Source: Felis catus
Lineage: Eukaryota
Assembly (NCBI RefSeq): GCF_018350175.1
Contig: NC_058383.1
Coordinates: 26,042,001 to 26,106,000 of the forward strand
DNA length: 64,000 nucleotides
Direction: 5' to 3'
Shown here one piece after another: positions 10,961 through 24,530 of the stretch; the stretch's first letter is position 1; each line of letters opens with the position of its first letter. Under the pieces are notes generated by a model that saw only the letters and a list, made by a program, of their open reading frames with translations, made no database searches and was not told where the DNA came from. Made by a program: the position numbers and the translations under genes.

Positions 10961-13932
10961 AATTGCAAAGTCATCTGTCTCCCATAGCTGCGTATTCCCA
11001 CCTTCCAGCCCCATCTGCAGTCTTGACCACAGGCCCTGAGCTTAGTCATGACTTCCTCCTGAGCCCCAGTGGGTCACCAGCCTCACACTCACAGCAGCCA
11101 GACCACCAGTCCACACAGCTAGATGGCAGAGAGAAGCACACCGAGTTTTGCTACGGTTGGTGTTGGCAAGAGCATGATAGATGGGGCTGGGGACGTTTTC
11201 ATCAATATTTACAAAGACATTTTCTCGAATCTAAAGATCAACAACAGGACAAAGATTTATCCAGTGAATGGAACAAATAACTGCATGTCCTTTCATGTCA
11301 CATCATGACTAGAATGTCAAGAGGAGAAGGTGACCAAAGAAAACGTCTGCAGACTGAATCCCCACTTTGGCAAACAGACTGCACAGCAACCAACAAGGGA
11401 GGAATTCTCTTGGAGGCAGCACAGCATTAACCTCCCTTCTGTTGTGGGAAGACTTGAGAGCCTCTTGACCTTTGTCCCAAATCCATTTTGCCCTTGACTC
11501 GGGCCCAATTAAGGATTTAGATCCAGTGCTAAGGTCCTTGAAGATTGGAGAATTTGGATGAAGAAAGAGTGTTAGTACTACTCTTAAGCACTTGGATGGC
11601 TTAGTATAGGGCTTAAAAACATAGTATTTGGGGTCAGAGAAAACTAAATCCAATTTTATGTTTAGCAACCTAATACGTGACCTTGGGCAAGTTATTGATT
11701 CATTTGTACGATAGAGGCAGTATTGGTACCACCCTAGGGAGTGGCTGATTAAATGACAGGGTGCATGTAAAAGGTTTGTTAAATAACTAACATTTACGGA
11801 CTCCCTAACATACACTAGACACTGTTTGAAATGCTTTCCATGTGTTTGCTCTGCAACACCACCATAAGGTTGCTACCATCACAATCCCACATTATAGTGA
11901 AGGAGACCAAAGCACAGGGAAGTTAAGTAACTTGCCCAAAGCCACACAACAGTAATAGTGTAAGGATTTGGTCCCTGTGATATAGTTCCAGAGCTCACAC
12001 TTCATACCTCTGCCTATCCTCATGTCCAGCCCATAGCAAGGACTCCCTAATGAGGAACAATCATTCCCAACCCTATAATGGTGCCCGTCACATAATGGAT
12101 GCTCAATAAGTGTTTGCTGGAGGAATGAATTATGGGATAGCCAAGTGGAAACTTCTTGAGGAAACTGGAGGTGCAGACCTAGTGTGCAGTGGGAGTTGTA
12201 GATAAATGATTCAGAATTCAGCAGATCGGGGAGCCATCTAAAGTCACGATAGGTGGCATTCTTTCCAAGAAAGTCAATACAAATGAAAATTACATCCTCC
12301 ACTGTCATTCAACTGCCCCTCTGTCCTCAGGCTGCCCCAGACAGGTAATATGGAAAGACTACCTCCAAAGACTTAAGAAATCCACTGCTGATTTAACAAT
12401 GCTCGTTTTCTTATTTGGAGATCAGTGTCTGCAATCCTGTTTTGATAAGAATTTCACCAAAACATATACTCTATTTTTATTAGATTCAAATTTCTAAATA
12501 AAATTATACCTACCATTTCCTACAGTGGGAATAGTCCTTCAATGGGACAATAAACCACAGCTCTCAGGACAAATGAGGGTATGAATTAAGTTGCAAACAC
12601 GCAGGCAAACCTTTAGCATGGAGTGATGGTTATCACAGTACAAGGTTATTTGGTTTCTTTAATCAAAACTACTAAGGGTTGATAACCTTGTATGTTCTCT
12701 TATCAAGCTAAATTATGCCTAAAATCTCACAATCTGATCAGCAGAGTATTACCGTATTACCAAGTATTACAAAGAGGTCAGATATCAGCTAGGCACAATG
12801 GTCCTCAAAGGACGCTGTCCTTTGAGACCTGTATTTAGTATCAGCCTAAGGAGGACCTTGTTAGAAATGCACATCTCAAAGCCCATCCCAGAACTACTGA
12901 AGCTGAAACTCTGGGCTGGCTCTGTTTCAGCAAGTCCTCCAGGTGGTTCTGTTACTTGCTCAAGTCTGAGAACACCTGAGCCAGAGAAAAATCCAGAAGT
13001 CCTCAATCCTACCACTAACTAGCTAAGAGACGGACAAATCATTTAACCTAGGTGTGCCCAACTTTTCATCTGTCAAATGGAGACCATATTTGCACCAATT
13101 GTCTCATAGCAATAGTGTTATGAGGTTCAAATGAAGGGGAAAATATGGAAGTGATTTGAAAAATGTGTGAACAGTGTAGCATATAAAAATGTGGAGGCAC
13201 TCGAACACCAAACTACTCAGGGTGTGGTGCTCAGACCCAGGAGCTCTAGACAGAAATGCAGAGTCTCAGCCCCGATCCCTGAACTCACAAATTAGAAACT
13301 GCTTCGTATCAAGAGCCCAGGTGGTTAAGGTGAAGCACGATCCACACAGGTGTAAGGCATTACTTGTATGGGACAGGTGCAGTAATGAGCCAAGCAGAGG
13401 GGCCCCCTTGCTCCACACCTGAGCTCCTCCATCTCATGCTATCTCACGGTGGATCAGATATGTAAATGTTCTGAAAAGTTCCAACTTTGAGAATTTAGGA
13501 AGGTATTTGTGAAGTGCTACCGTACTGAGACAATCCATATTATTAATGAGCTGACTTCTTGCCACCTGACCTCAATTCAAAGATTATAAAAACGTATTAT
13601 CAGTCATGTGCTATTTTAGTCACTCCTTTTGTAATTGAGCTTCACACAAAATCATCTCATTGCCTCAAAAATGAACTGAGCCATTCACCGCAGCCACATA
13701 AAGGATCCGATCCTGCAGAAATTTCAGAGCGGCTACCTATTTTTTATACTTAAAACTATAGGGGTTAGCCGGCTTTCAAGTAACTGTTGGAAAGCATATG
13801 TTCCTTTTATCATTTTGGACTAATTAATATTAGAGTTGAAGAGGAGGATGGGGAATATCCCCTGAATATTCTGATGTTCCCCACTGGCACGCTCTGATGC
13901 CTTTTATGGTCAGGCAAGTTTGGGAAGAACTA

Positions 13933-14322
13933 CAGCAGTGGTCCCTTATCCCCAGGCAGACACCTGAAACCATGAATAGTACTGAACCTTATACAGACCA
14001 TGTTTTTCCTATCACACACACCTGTGACAAAGCTTACTTGAGAAGTCAAGCACAGTAAGAGATTCACAACAATAATATACTGTAATACACGTTATGGGAA
14101 TGTAATCTCTCAAAATATTGTCCCATACTCACCTTCTTGTGACGACGTGAGACGATAAAATGCCTACGTGACAAGATGAAGTGGGACGAGTGATGTAGGT
14201 GCTATGACCTAGCGCTAGGCTGCTTCTGACCTCCTGACAAGGTCACAAGGAGGGTCATCTGCTTCCTGACTGCAGTTGACTGTGGGTCACTGAAACTTCG
14301 AAAAGCGAAACCATGGATAAGG
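13933..14322. mobile_element. Tigger-derived MER44-like DNA transposon relic
   Basis: Inverted ends cagcagtggtcccttatcc ... ggataagg and the gttgactgtgggtcactgaaac..gaaagcgaaacc motif; family name from memory. Confidence 0.65.
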
Positions 14323-14539
14323 TTCTCTAGATTCTGGCTCGGATCTCAGCCTGGCTTTCCACCGAGACCATTTGGGGAGCTCTAAAGAAAAAGTGCAGGA
14401 GCCTGATTTAGTTGGTCTAGACTGGGGCCTGGGCCTGGCTGTTGTCGATCAGCTCCCCCCGTGATTCCGAGCATAGCCAGCATTGACCCGGAAGCCTAAC
14501 GGGAGGCCCTGAGAGGACTGGAGGAGAGTTGGCCTCTAT

Positions 14540-14936
14540 TATAGGGCTGAACTGTATTGACCCAAAATTCCTATGCTGGAAATCTGAACCCCCGAAACCT
14601 CATAATGTAACCATATTTGGATATATGGCCTTTAATTAGGTGAGTTATATTACAGCCATTAGGGTGGGGCCTAATCAAATCTGCCCGGTGTCCTTATCAA
14701 GTAGAGGAAATTTGGACACGTAAAGGTACATACAGAGCAAAGACCGAGTGAGGACACAGTGAGAAGGTGACCATCTGCAAGCCAAGGAGGCGTCAGAATG
14801 AAACCAAAACTGTGGACCCTGACAAGGACCATGACCTTGGACTTCCAGCCTCCAGAACTGTGGAAAAATACATTTGTGTTGTTTAAGCTAGCCAGTCCGT
14901 GGTATTTGGTTATGGCAACACTTGGCAGGCCAATAC
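14540..14936 (+). mobile_element. MaLR solo LTR (MLT1-like)
   Basis: tatagggctgaactgt start, internal ccatctgcaagccaagga and ttggacttccagcctccagaactgtg, and a ggtatttggttatggca...aataca end. Confidence 0.8.
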
Positions 14937-14974
14937 ATCCCCTATCTCAAGCCCAAGTTTTTTGTTTTGGGGGC

Positions 14975-15168
14975 GTTTTTTTAGTTTATTTATTTATTTT
15001 GAGAGACAGTTGAGTGGGGGAGTGGCAGAGGGAGAGAGAGGAAGAGAGAGAGAGAATCCCAAGCAGGCTCTGTGCTGTCAGCACATATGGGGCTTGAACT
15101 CTTGAAACCATGAGATCATGACCGGAGCTAAAGTCAGATGCTTAACTGACTGAACCACCCAGGCCCAA
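14975..15168 (-). mobile_element. CAN-SINE
   Basis: SINE structure; duplication agcccaagtttt. Confidence 0.9.
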
Positions 15169-16005
15169 GCCCAAGTTTTAAAAGCATCCTCATATCCGAA
15201 TGCATGTGAAACCTACAGAGTAGATCTTTCTCCTTTGTTTATACCTCCAGTAGAAACAGGAGTTAACACAAGCAATGGAGGTTCATGGAGACGTGTTCCA
15301 GATAGAGGCTCTTAGCATATGGTAAGTGAGCAAAAATGTTGCTCTTGGAGCAAGTCCATATTTCAGTGCAGAAGCCAAAGAAGCACAAAACAGCTTTAAG
15401 ATGACACTGAGAGGGGAAAAAAATTACTTTAAACATCAGTTCAATGGACTGCCTTCACTAACCCCACAGATAAGTCTCCCATAGTGTCCTGGGCTTCTCC
15501 TTCACAGCACCTGTCACAATTACATTTAATTACTGCTCAATAGTAATTAAATTACTGTCTAAATTAATCTGCTAGAAATGAAGCACATGAGGGCAGAGTG
15601 TGTCTTGACTTGCTCAACATCTTATTTATAACCACTTCGCACATATTTGTTGAATGAATGAATGAATGAATGAATGAATACTGCCACCAACTGCTAGCAG
15701 GGATGATACCAAAAAATTTTAACTCAGTTGATGAAATTTTGTTAATGAAATGAATTAACGAAAAAATAAGTGAATGAAAAAGTGAATCAGTGACTGAGCA
15801 CTGATTGGATGCTTGTGTTTCAAATGTATGTTAAATGTTTGCAAAATTCAGTTCCAATTAGATTTCACAGTAGTGATTACTCAAGAGGGGATGTCTCCCC
15901 TGAGTGATTTGGTAAATTGCACCTTTCTGCTGGATGCTTCAGTTCTAAGTACCGTCACATGCCTTGTGAATCATTTGGCAAATCTGCAAAAAAATGCCAT
16001 ATATT

Positions 16006-16257
16006 GGGGCATCTTGCTGGCTCAGTCAGAAGAGCCTGCCATTCTTGATCTTGGAGTTATGAGTTCAAGCCCCACATGGAGTGTAGAGATTACTTAAATA
16101 AAATAATTAAAAAAAAAAAAAAGACTGCTAGGGATGCCTGGGTTGCTCAGTCAAGTTAAGCATCTGACTCTTGATTTCAGCTCAAGTCATGATTTTGCAG
16201 TTTGTAACATCGAGCCCCGAGCTGGGCTCTGCACTGACAATACAGAACCCACTTGGG

Positions 16258-16303
<46 letters not shown>

Positions 16304-16355
16304 CTTCCTCTGCTCATGCACTCCCTTTCTCTCTCAACATAAACATTTTTTAAAA
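16006..16355 (+). mobile_element. Two tandem CAN-SINEs (a short variant, then a full copy)
   Basis: Heads at about 16006 and 16131, each with an A-rich tail. Confidence 0.85.
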
Positions 16356-16375
16356 AAGAATGCTATATATACTGC

Positions 16376-16421
16376 GTGTGTGTGTGTACACACACACACA
16401 CACATACGTGCACACATGTAC

Positions 16422-16458
<37 letters not shown>
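16376..16458. repeat. Interrupted (TG)n/(CA)n microsatellite
   Basis: Directly visible. Confidence 0.95.
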
Positions 16459-16461
<3 letters not shown>

Positions 16462-16886
16462 CCACACATCACTGCTGGATTGATGTTTGATTCAACAAGA
16501 CTTAGATGTTGACTTATGTGTCAACCTCACAGGGGCTAAGTCCCAGTCCACACCCACCCCCACCCCAGTCCAACCGCAAACACTTGTACTTGTTTGTAGA
16601 CAAGGCCTCTCGTTGTATTTTACCTTTGGGTAACATGGGATGTTTTTGTTCAAAACCATGAACAAATGCAGGTTCCCCAATTCAGAAACTTCACATTTCT
16701 GTTTGAGGATCCCATTTTTATTCAGGCTGGACTATTTGAGCACCAGTTTCCAAACTTTTGTCAGGTCTGGGAGCAGAGATTTCTAAGAACCAATAATTCA
16801 TATGCACATCTCTTGAAGACTAAATGCATAATTCCCAGGCTATCTCTCCCAGGTTTTTGTGAACCAGTTTAAATGTTACAATAGTC

Positions 16887-16892
16887 TTTATT
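16887..16892 (-). terminator. TMC5: Candidate TMC5 polyadenylation signal (another AATAAA at 16717-16722)
   Basis: AATAAA on the minus strand about 210 nt past the stop; the site actually used cannot be determined from sequence alone. Confidence 0.35.
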
Positions 16893-17102
16893 TTAAAATC
16901 CCAAATATTTTATCTTGGGAAATCAGCAATCCAGGAAGGAAATTGCCAAATTTACTTCAGCATTTACACTGTGGTCAGTTTCTGCTCCTGGCTAATGATT
17001 TAAATTCCCTCCTGGGAAGCTCCAAAAGGCCCAGGGGTCATGGAAGAAGTTGTTCCATCTTGGTATTTTCATTTGACGGGTGTGTGGCTGCCGCAATAAA
17101 CA

Positions 17103-17149
17103 TTACACCTTTGGATTCTCTTCTTGAACTGATCGCCTAAATCGCAGGT
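17103..17149 (-). CDS. TMC5: TMC5 last coding exon to the TAA stop
   Basis: aacccag| acceptor; (D)LRFRRSVQEENPKV*, matching the recalled TMC5 C-terminus DLRSRRSVQEGNPRA; phase consistent. Confidence 0.9.
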
Positions 17150-17896
17150 CTGGGTTGGACACAGAAAAGAGTCGTTAGCACAGATATACGCCCTGCCTCA
17201 CATCTCCAAGGTTAGACAAAATTCAAAATCACACAGCTTCTCATGCCTCCTGCCTTCTCATGCTAAGTTTCTTCAATTCACCCCTGGAACGTCCATCATT
17301 TGGATGCCATCAGTAAATGCGATCCCAAAACGATGAATGGGTTTGTTTGGTTCCTCCCCACTATTCATTCCCCTCTGGCCTCAGCTCCAGGTTTTCTTTG
17401 GGAAGCCCCTCTTCCCCATTCTCAGTCCTCGTGGTCTGTTAGGTTGTACCACCTCTATTTACAGATCTCTGATCTGGCAAATGAAATCATCACATTTTCA
17501 TGGCCACAGCAACTGGTTCATGGTGCACATGTCACCCAGTTGGATCCAATGAAACACAGTGAGAATTCTGGGTGTCTCATTCCTTCCCACTAGACTTGAA
17601 CCTGAGAAGGTACAAGAGGCTGACGAAAGGGTCTTGCAATTGTTAGGAAGAACCTATTTGAGAAAGGAGTTAACGTGGAAAAGAATGGAACAGAAAGAAA
17701 CCAGGTTCTGGTAACCTATTGCATCCCAGCTTCTGGCCGCACCTAAAGCAAGAATTATTCTTGGATTTTTGCTGAAGCCAGCTTGGGTGGGTTCTTTTCA
17801 TTGAACGAGTAACTGATATATGAGCAGTTCTGACCCTCTACCTTGAGATACATCATTTGGTTAAATGAGGTCTTCAGTGCCAACGCCCTTACTCAC

Positions 17897-17939
17897 CATG
17901 AGCAGCATTGTGTTCCCTCACATGCAAAGGGCTTGTTTG
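17897..17939 (-). CDS. TMC5: TMC5 coding exon (43 nt)
   Basis: ttctctttcag| QTSPLHVREHNAAH(D) |gtgagt; bridges phase 0 to phase 1 exactly as the flanking exons require. Confidence 0.85.
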
Positions 17940-18377
17940 CTGAAAGAGAAGAAAAGCAGTGGCCTCATCACTGGGAAAGAATACAGGCCCACCTCCTGTT
18001 GCCTCGTTGGTGGGATTTGCGAGCCCCCACCATTTTAAAATTAAGATATGGCAGATGAAGACCAAGGCTCAGCCACAGACGCAGCAAAAAGGTTTGGTTT
18101 GGTCTTTTAGGGACAGTAATTCCATTAGTTTATCCGTTCATTTACAGACATTTACTGAGCATCGACAATATGCCAGGTAATATATTAGGACCTGGGGCTG
18201 TCAGGGTACAGATCAAGACTCTGCCTGCATAAGATTTGCAGTAGGGCCTGTAGATCCCATAACTACCTCGTGCTGACAATATCAATGTGCACAGATAATG
18301 AATGGCCTGGCAGTCTCTTCCAACAAGGTCCTAACTTCTTAAATGAGTGGCATTTGAATTAAGATGGGTTTATGGTT

Positions 18378-18795
18378 GGGGTGCCTGGGTGGCTCAGTCG
18401 GTTGAGCATCTGGCTCTTGATTTCAGCTCAGGTCATAATCCTGGGGTCATGGGATCGAGCCCCACATCAGGTTCCATGCTGAGTGTGGAGCCTGCTTACG
18501 ATTTTTCTCTCTCTCTTTCCCTCTGCCCCCTCCATGCTCATGTGCTCTCTCTCTCTCCCTCTCAAATAAATATTTTTTTTAATTTTTTTTAATGCTTATT
18601 TATTTTTGAAGGAGAGAGAGACAGAGTGTGAGCGGGGGAAAAGCAGAGACAGAGGGAGACACAGAATCTGAAGCAGGCTCCAGGCTCTGAGCCGTCAGCA
18701 CAGAGCCCGACGCGGGGCTTGAACTCACGAACCACGAGATCATGACCTGAGCCGAAGTCGGACGCTTAACCGACTGAGCCACCCAGGTGCCCCTC
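18378..18795. mobile_element. Nested tail-to-tail CAN-SINE pair (+ 18378-18575, - 18580-18795)
   Basis: The minus copy is flanked by duplicated tcaaataaatattttt from the tail of the plus copy. Confidence 0.9.
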
Positions 18796-19475
18796 AAATA
18801 AATATTTTTAAAAAGATGGGTTTACTGTTTATTCATATTTTCCAGGACACCAAGGATGCGAGCAAGGGCTTTGGAATTAGAACAGGAATGAAACTGGTAA
18901 AATCTTTTTAAGAGCATGATATGGCAATTATCTATTAACATCATTATGTGCACGCCCTTTGGCAAAAATACTCACATAAAAATAATTGAAACAAAAATAT
19001 TTCACTACACAGTTTTTAGTATTTTAAAAAAACTGAAAACAACCCAAATGTCCATATATGTACAGACCGAAACAATGTCCGAAATACAGTACTAAGTGAT
19101 GAGGGACGGGATTATGATACTATGTGTATAGTAAAGCCCCAGTTTTCTAATAAACAAAAAATGTTAGTAGATGCATGTATATTTGTGGATGCCCAGGGGA
19201 AAAGATCTGGAAGAATGTACACTGAATCATTCACACGGTGGGGTGAGGGCATTTTCCTTCTCGGTGGGATATACTTCTGTATGATTGGATTATAGAAAAG
19301 ATGCGTGCAAACTCCATGAGGGCCTTCACCATGACAGGTTGAACGAATGAGTATTATTTGTTAAATAAAAAATAGAGAAATGTTTAAACATAAAAAGTGA
19401 AGTGCCCCATGTCATTCTAGTTTCCTGATGCACTTTTCTGTGTCACAGGGATCCGAAGGCGACCTTCACTCTCAC

Positions 19476-19580
19476 CTCTACATCCCTCCTTTCCATGGTG
19501 AACGAGCTGGTGTTTGCTCTCTTCTCCATATCCTGCAGCTTGGCCAACTTTTCTATCAGGAACATTTTATCTTTGCCCTC
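19476..19580 (-). CDS. TMC5: TMC5 coding exon (105 nt)
   Basis: ttcttggcag| EGKDKMFLIEKLAKLQDMEKRANTSSFTMERRDVE |gtgaga; EGKDK-FL motif of TMC proteins. Confidence 0.93.
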
Positions 19581-20441
19581 CTGCCAAGAAGGAAAGCAAA
19601 AACAAGAACAAAAACGTGGAGGTTGGTGTGAGCAAACGATGGAAAGAAGGTTGATTTTTTTTTTTTTTTAGGCAGGTAGGGTTCCAGACACAGGATAGAG
19701 ACTGCCACCATGTTTCCTCTTGATGAAAGAGTAGGAACATTTCACAGCAAAGCCAAATTAACCCATACCTTCCTGAATTGGCACATTCTCCACTAAAGCA
19801 ATTCCAGCAGGCTCAAGTAGCAGCCTTCTCTATCCCGCAGCTAGAAGCAACTTACACGCCCAGGACTGTCTGAAGGCCCAGGACAAATGGTGTGTAGCAG
19901 CCCCTTCTCGGCATGCCCTCCGTCTCAGAACGCTGTCTGGGCACCCAGCACTGCCTGGGCTGGCCCTGTCTTCCCATTGAGAATGTCAAAGCTTATATAG
20001 CTCTGCATCGAGGGACATCAAACATATTTCACCTGGCAAAGTTATCAGTGTTAATGGAGTAGACCAGATAAACATCTCCCAAACTGGGAAGAGGAACAAA
20101 GCAAAGGGTTATGTCCTCCCCAGGAGCATGACTCACTTCCCTGTGAATCTGTTGCAGATGAGAGGGCGGTATAATCCACCAGTGTTGAAGTGGGCTAGCA
20201 AGCACCATTGATGGGTTGTCCGGTCTAGACCAATCCCATTTCTCACACCCTTGTTTCTCCTTCAACTTTCAGTCACTGATTTTAGCAATTAGCTATTATT
20301 ATTATTTAGCATCCAACAATTATTGCTGTGGTATTTGCTTCATAATAATTTTCTATTTCCCTCATTCTTTCTACTTTTATTCACTGGAATTCTGCAAAGA
20401 AGAGCTGTCCTTGGGAAATGGCATTTTAAACAACTCCGCAA

Positions 20442-20874
20442 GGGGCGCCTGGGTGGCTCACGTTGGTTAAGCGTCTAACTTCACCTCAGGTCACGATCTC
20501 ACAGTTTGTGGGTTTGAGCTCTGTGTCAGGCTCTGTGCTGACAGCTCAGAGCCTGGAGCCCGCTTCAGATTCTGTGTCTCCCTCTCTTTCTCTCTCTCTG
20601 CCCTTTCCCTGCTTGTGCTCTCTCTCTCTCTCTCTAAAATAAAATAAACTTTTTTTTTTTAATTTTTTTTTCAACGTTTATTTATTTTTGGGACAGAGAG
20701 AGATAGAGCATGAACGGGGGAGGGGCAGAGAGAGAGGGAGACACAGAATTGGAAACAGGCTCCAGGCTCTGAGCCATCAGCCCAGAGCCCGACGCGGGGC
20801 TCGAACTCACAGACCGCGAGATCGTGACCTGGCTGAAGTTGGACACTTAACCGACTGCGCCACCCAGGCGCCCC
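20442..20874. mobile_element. Nested tail-to-tail CAN-SINE pair (+ 20442-20650, young - 20651-20874)
   Basis: Duplicated taaacttttttttttt around the minus copy. Confidence 0.92.
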
Positions 20875-21766
20875 TAAACTTTTTTTTTTTTAAAGCAAGT
20901 CTGCTAGCAGTCTTGGATATAGCCAACCTGTTTGTAAATTGCTGGTCTGTAACAGCTGTTTCCATACTTTCGTGCCAATTAGAATTACCTGGAGAGCCTG
21001 CAAAAATGCAAACTCAGGATTTATCCAACTCATCTTGACTCGGGGAGATAAACCTGCATTTTAGTTAAAAGCACCATTCAAATCCCACCATTTACTAGCC
21101 CTATGACTTTGGGCAGCTCACTTCGCTCTGTAAACCTTAGAATCCTTAATTTTAAAATAGGAATTAAAGATGTGTATGTCCTAGTGCAAGTAATAAAAAT
21201 TAAATCAGAATTTTTGTTCATTATTTAGCACATGTCAGGCATCATGTAAGTGCTCAACAAATGTTATCTATTGCCACTACTGGTTAGAGGAGAGCAGGGT
21301 AATTGGAATTTGCATTTTTAATAAGCATCCAAGAGTTACTGATGTAGGTGATCACACTTTGAGAAGGACTGTTATTAGCCTATTCCCAGCCCCTTAGGCT
21401 GGGTTCCTCTGGAGACAATGTCCCTGTCTTTGTGGCACATCCTCTGGACAAGATTCCCAAGCATGCAGGCCTGCAGTGATGCTTCTGGTGCCTCCCTGAA
21501 ATGATGCCATCTAAATTCCTCCCCAGTTTACCTGGTACTGCCCTTACAATAGAAGGCTTTAGAAACAAATCTCTCCCCTGGTAAGATCTCCGTAAGACTT
21601 GCCCAAAACAATTCAAAGTGCTACATCAGAAAAATACAGGTGATGCTTCTGGAGACGAGCAGGGGAGATCATAAGTAAACCATGCCCTTTCTTTACACCA
21701 TCTAGAAGACCAACTCAAATGATCTGAAACCCAAAGGTTCAAGCAGCTAGAACCGTGAGGAATCTT

Positions 21767-22005
21767 GGGCACCTGGGTGGCTCAGTTGGTTAAGCATTGG
21801 ACTCTTTATTTTGGCTCAGGTCATGACCTCATGGTCATGAGACTGAGCCTCAAATCAGGCTCCATCTGCATTGGGTATGGAGCCTGCGTGGGATTCTCTC
21901 TCTCCCTCTCTCTGTCTGTCCCTCTCCTGCTCACTCACATATGCACTTGGCGCAGTCTCTTTCACTCCTTCAAAATAAATAAATAAACATTTAAAAAACA
22001 AAAGA
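21767..22005 (+). mobile_element. CAN-SINE
   Basis: SINE structure; near-duplication agaacc(g/c)tgaggaatc. Confidence 0.9.
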
Positions 22006-22079
22006 ACCCTGAGGAATCCTGCTTCTTCCCCAAGTTCTTAGATGTAAGTGTTCATGTCACAATTACGTTGCTATTTAGA

Positions 22080-24160
22080 AGAAGAGAGAACGAGTCCAGT
22101 ATCAATGAGCATCCATATTCCCAGACTGTGGTCTCTAAATACCATCTCACCAGGACTCCTTGAATAAATGTCTGACTGGTGTTCTGGGACAGGTAATAAA
22201 CAAGAAGAGCCTGGAACATCTTGTCCTTTCAGAGAGCAAGAAAACTATCGAAGACTTTCTGGGGTCGTGTCAAAAGAACCCGGGAACTAATTCAAAAGGA
22301 ATTTGATTAGCAACGAATCAATGAGGCTATTTAAGCATAAAAAAAATTATTACAATTGAAAGAGGCAAAGTATACTTAAATCTATGAATTCATAATGATA
22401 ATTTAAAAATCCTCACTGGCCACATTTGGGGGTTGCTAGGAGTAGTTGGTTGAATAGTGTCTCCTTTGTAAAAATATTTGTCCAAGTTAAACCAACCCCA
22501 GTACCTGCAAATATGGCCTTGTTGGAAATAAGGTCTTTGCAGACATAATTAAAGATTGTCGGATGAGATCATTCTGAATGAGGATGAACCCTAAATTCAA
22601 TGACAAGTCCTTAGAAGAGAAGGAGAAACAGGCACACAGAGAAAAAGAATTTGTGAAGATGGAGGTAGGAATGGGAGTTATGAAGCCCTAAGCCAAGGAA
22701 CAGCCAGGTTAGCCAGTGGCCACCAGAATAAGCTAGGAGAGGCATGGAACAGATTCTCAGAGATCCAGAAGGTACCAACTTCCTGACACCTTGATTTTGG
22801 ACTTTGGCCTCCAGAACTATGAGGTAACAATGTTCTGTTATTTTAAGCCACCAAGTTCGGGGTTATTTGCCACGGCAGGCCTTAGGAAATGAATACCCTA
22901 GGGTATCAACTCAGCATTTCAAAAACTGGTCAATGAAGGGGGAAAAATCAGGCATTTCTCTTTCCTCTATAAACTATATTTCAAGGTAATCAAATAGTTG
23001 ATAAGCAAAAATTATTTTTTTCATAGAAAAATTCTAGCTAATAAATGCAAAAGAAATGGTAGGATTAGAGTACTACTGTTCTGTCATTTCTAACGAAATC
23101 AGTGGGTCTTCTAGGCAATACTCCTCAAAGGCTGCAAAATCCATCAGGTGAAAGGAGAGTGGGGAGCTCTCTGATGGATGGGTCAGGCTAACAAAGCATG
23201 GACCCACTGATCACTTTTCACACCACACAAAAAGAGACATGTAGACATTTTATGTCTCAAGGGGATACCATAAGAAGTGCATAGCATCATCTATGAAGTG
23301 TTCTGGCTAAAACACTGAAATGGATTTAGTCGGGTTTTTAAATCTCATTGCCAGGGTACAGGAAATAAAAAGAAGCATACTAAATACCACCACAAAGCTG
23401 CAAATCAGATATATCCAGAATGTGAGAACTACTACAAGACAAAGGACCTGTTTTCTTCAATGATAAATGGCAAAGAAGAAGGGAGGGGTGAACAATTATA
23501 GATTCAAGGAAACAACAGACATATGGACCAAATGCAACATGTGGCACTTTCCCAGACCCTGATTCGAACAACTTGACTGTAAAAAGACACTTCATGGGAC
23601 CAATGGGGCAATTTCACCTTTGATGGCATGTGAGACGATAATAAGGAATTATCAAGTTTTCTTTTAGGTATGATGAGGGTATTATGGTTATGTTTTTTTT
23701 TAATCTCTCTCAGACACATAGAAATTTTTACAGATAAAATGATATAAAGTCTAGGATTTGCTTTAAAACAATCCAGATATTTGCAGTGAAGGGTTAGTGT
23801 AGATAAAATAAGAATATACAAAAAAAATTTTAAGCTTATTTACTTATTTTTGAGAGAGAGAGTGTGTGCATGAGCAGGAGGGGGACAGAGAGAGGGAGAG
23901 AGAGAGACAGAGAGAATCCTAAGCAGGCTCTGTGCTGTCAGTGCAAAGCCCAACTTGGGGCTCAATCTCTCAGACTGTGAGATCATGAACTGAACTGAAA
24001 TCAAAAGTCAGATTCTCAACCGACTGAGCCACCCAGGCACCCCCAAGAGTATACAAATGTTGACGGTAGTTGGTGCTGGGTGGGGGGGCAGATGTAAGTT
24101 CGTTGTACTATTCTCTTTTGGAGTATAACTGCAAGTTTGCATTATAAAATGTTTACAGAA
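22080..24160 (+). mobile_element. Old L1 (L1MC-like) 3' region interrupted by an MLT1-like LTR (about 22441-22897) and a minus-strand SINE (about 23825-24043)
   Basis: L1M-like motifs such as accaaatgcaacatgtgg and gatttgctttaaaacaatcc; MLT1 motifs ggactttggcctccagaactatgag; recognised by eye. Confidence 0.6.
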
Positions 24161-24451
24161 AAGTGGGAGGATGGGGCGCCCGGGTGGCTCAGTCGATTGA
24201 GCGTCCAACTTTGCCTCAGGTCATGATCTCACGGTTTGTGAGTTCGAGCCCCGTGTCGGGCTCTTTACTGATGGCTCAGAGCCTGGAGCCTGCTTGGGAT
24301 TCTGTGTCTCCCTCTCTCTCTCTCTGCCCCTTCCCCGCTCACAGCTTTGTCTCTCTCTGTCTCTGAAAACTGAATAAACCTTAAAAAAATATATATATAT
24401 AAAAAAAAAGAAAAGTGGGAGGAGGATACCAGAGGAGCTAACTGAACTTAC

Positions 24452-24530
24452 ATTAATAATCTGTTCATGGAGCAATCTGATCATAATCTTCCTTCCCTCT
24501 GTGATCTGCCAGTAAAGATAGGTGATGATT
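24452..24530 (-). CDS. TMC5: TMC5 coding exon (79 nt)
   Basis: cttctccag| IITYLYWQITEGRKIMIRLLHEQIIN |gtaagt. Confidence 0.94.

Noticed and set aside
11309..12308. 168-aa and 138-aa minus-strand ORFs between the genes
   Set aside because: No recognisable protein; they overlap MIR-like relics and lack exon structure
19443..19475. Read-through C-terminus VRVKVAFGSL* after the TMC5 exon ending at 19476
   Set aside because: A good gtgaga donor and two intact downstream exons exist; no sequence evidence for an alternative terminal exon
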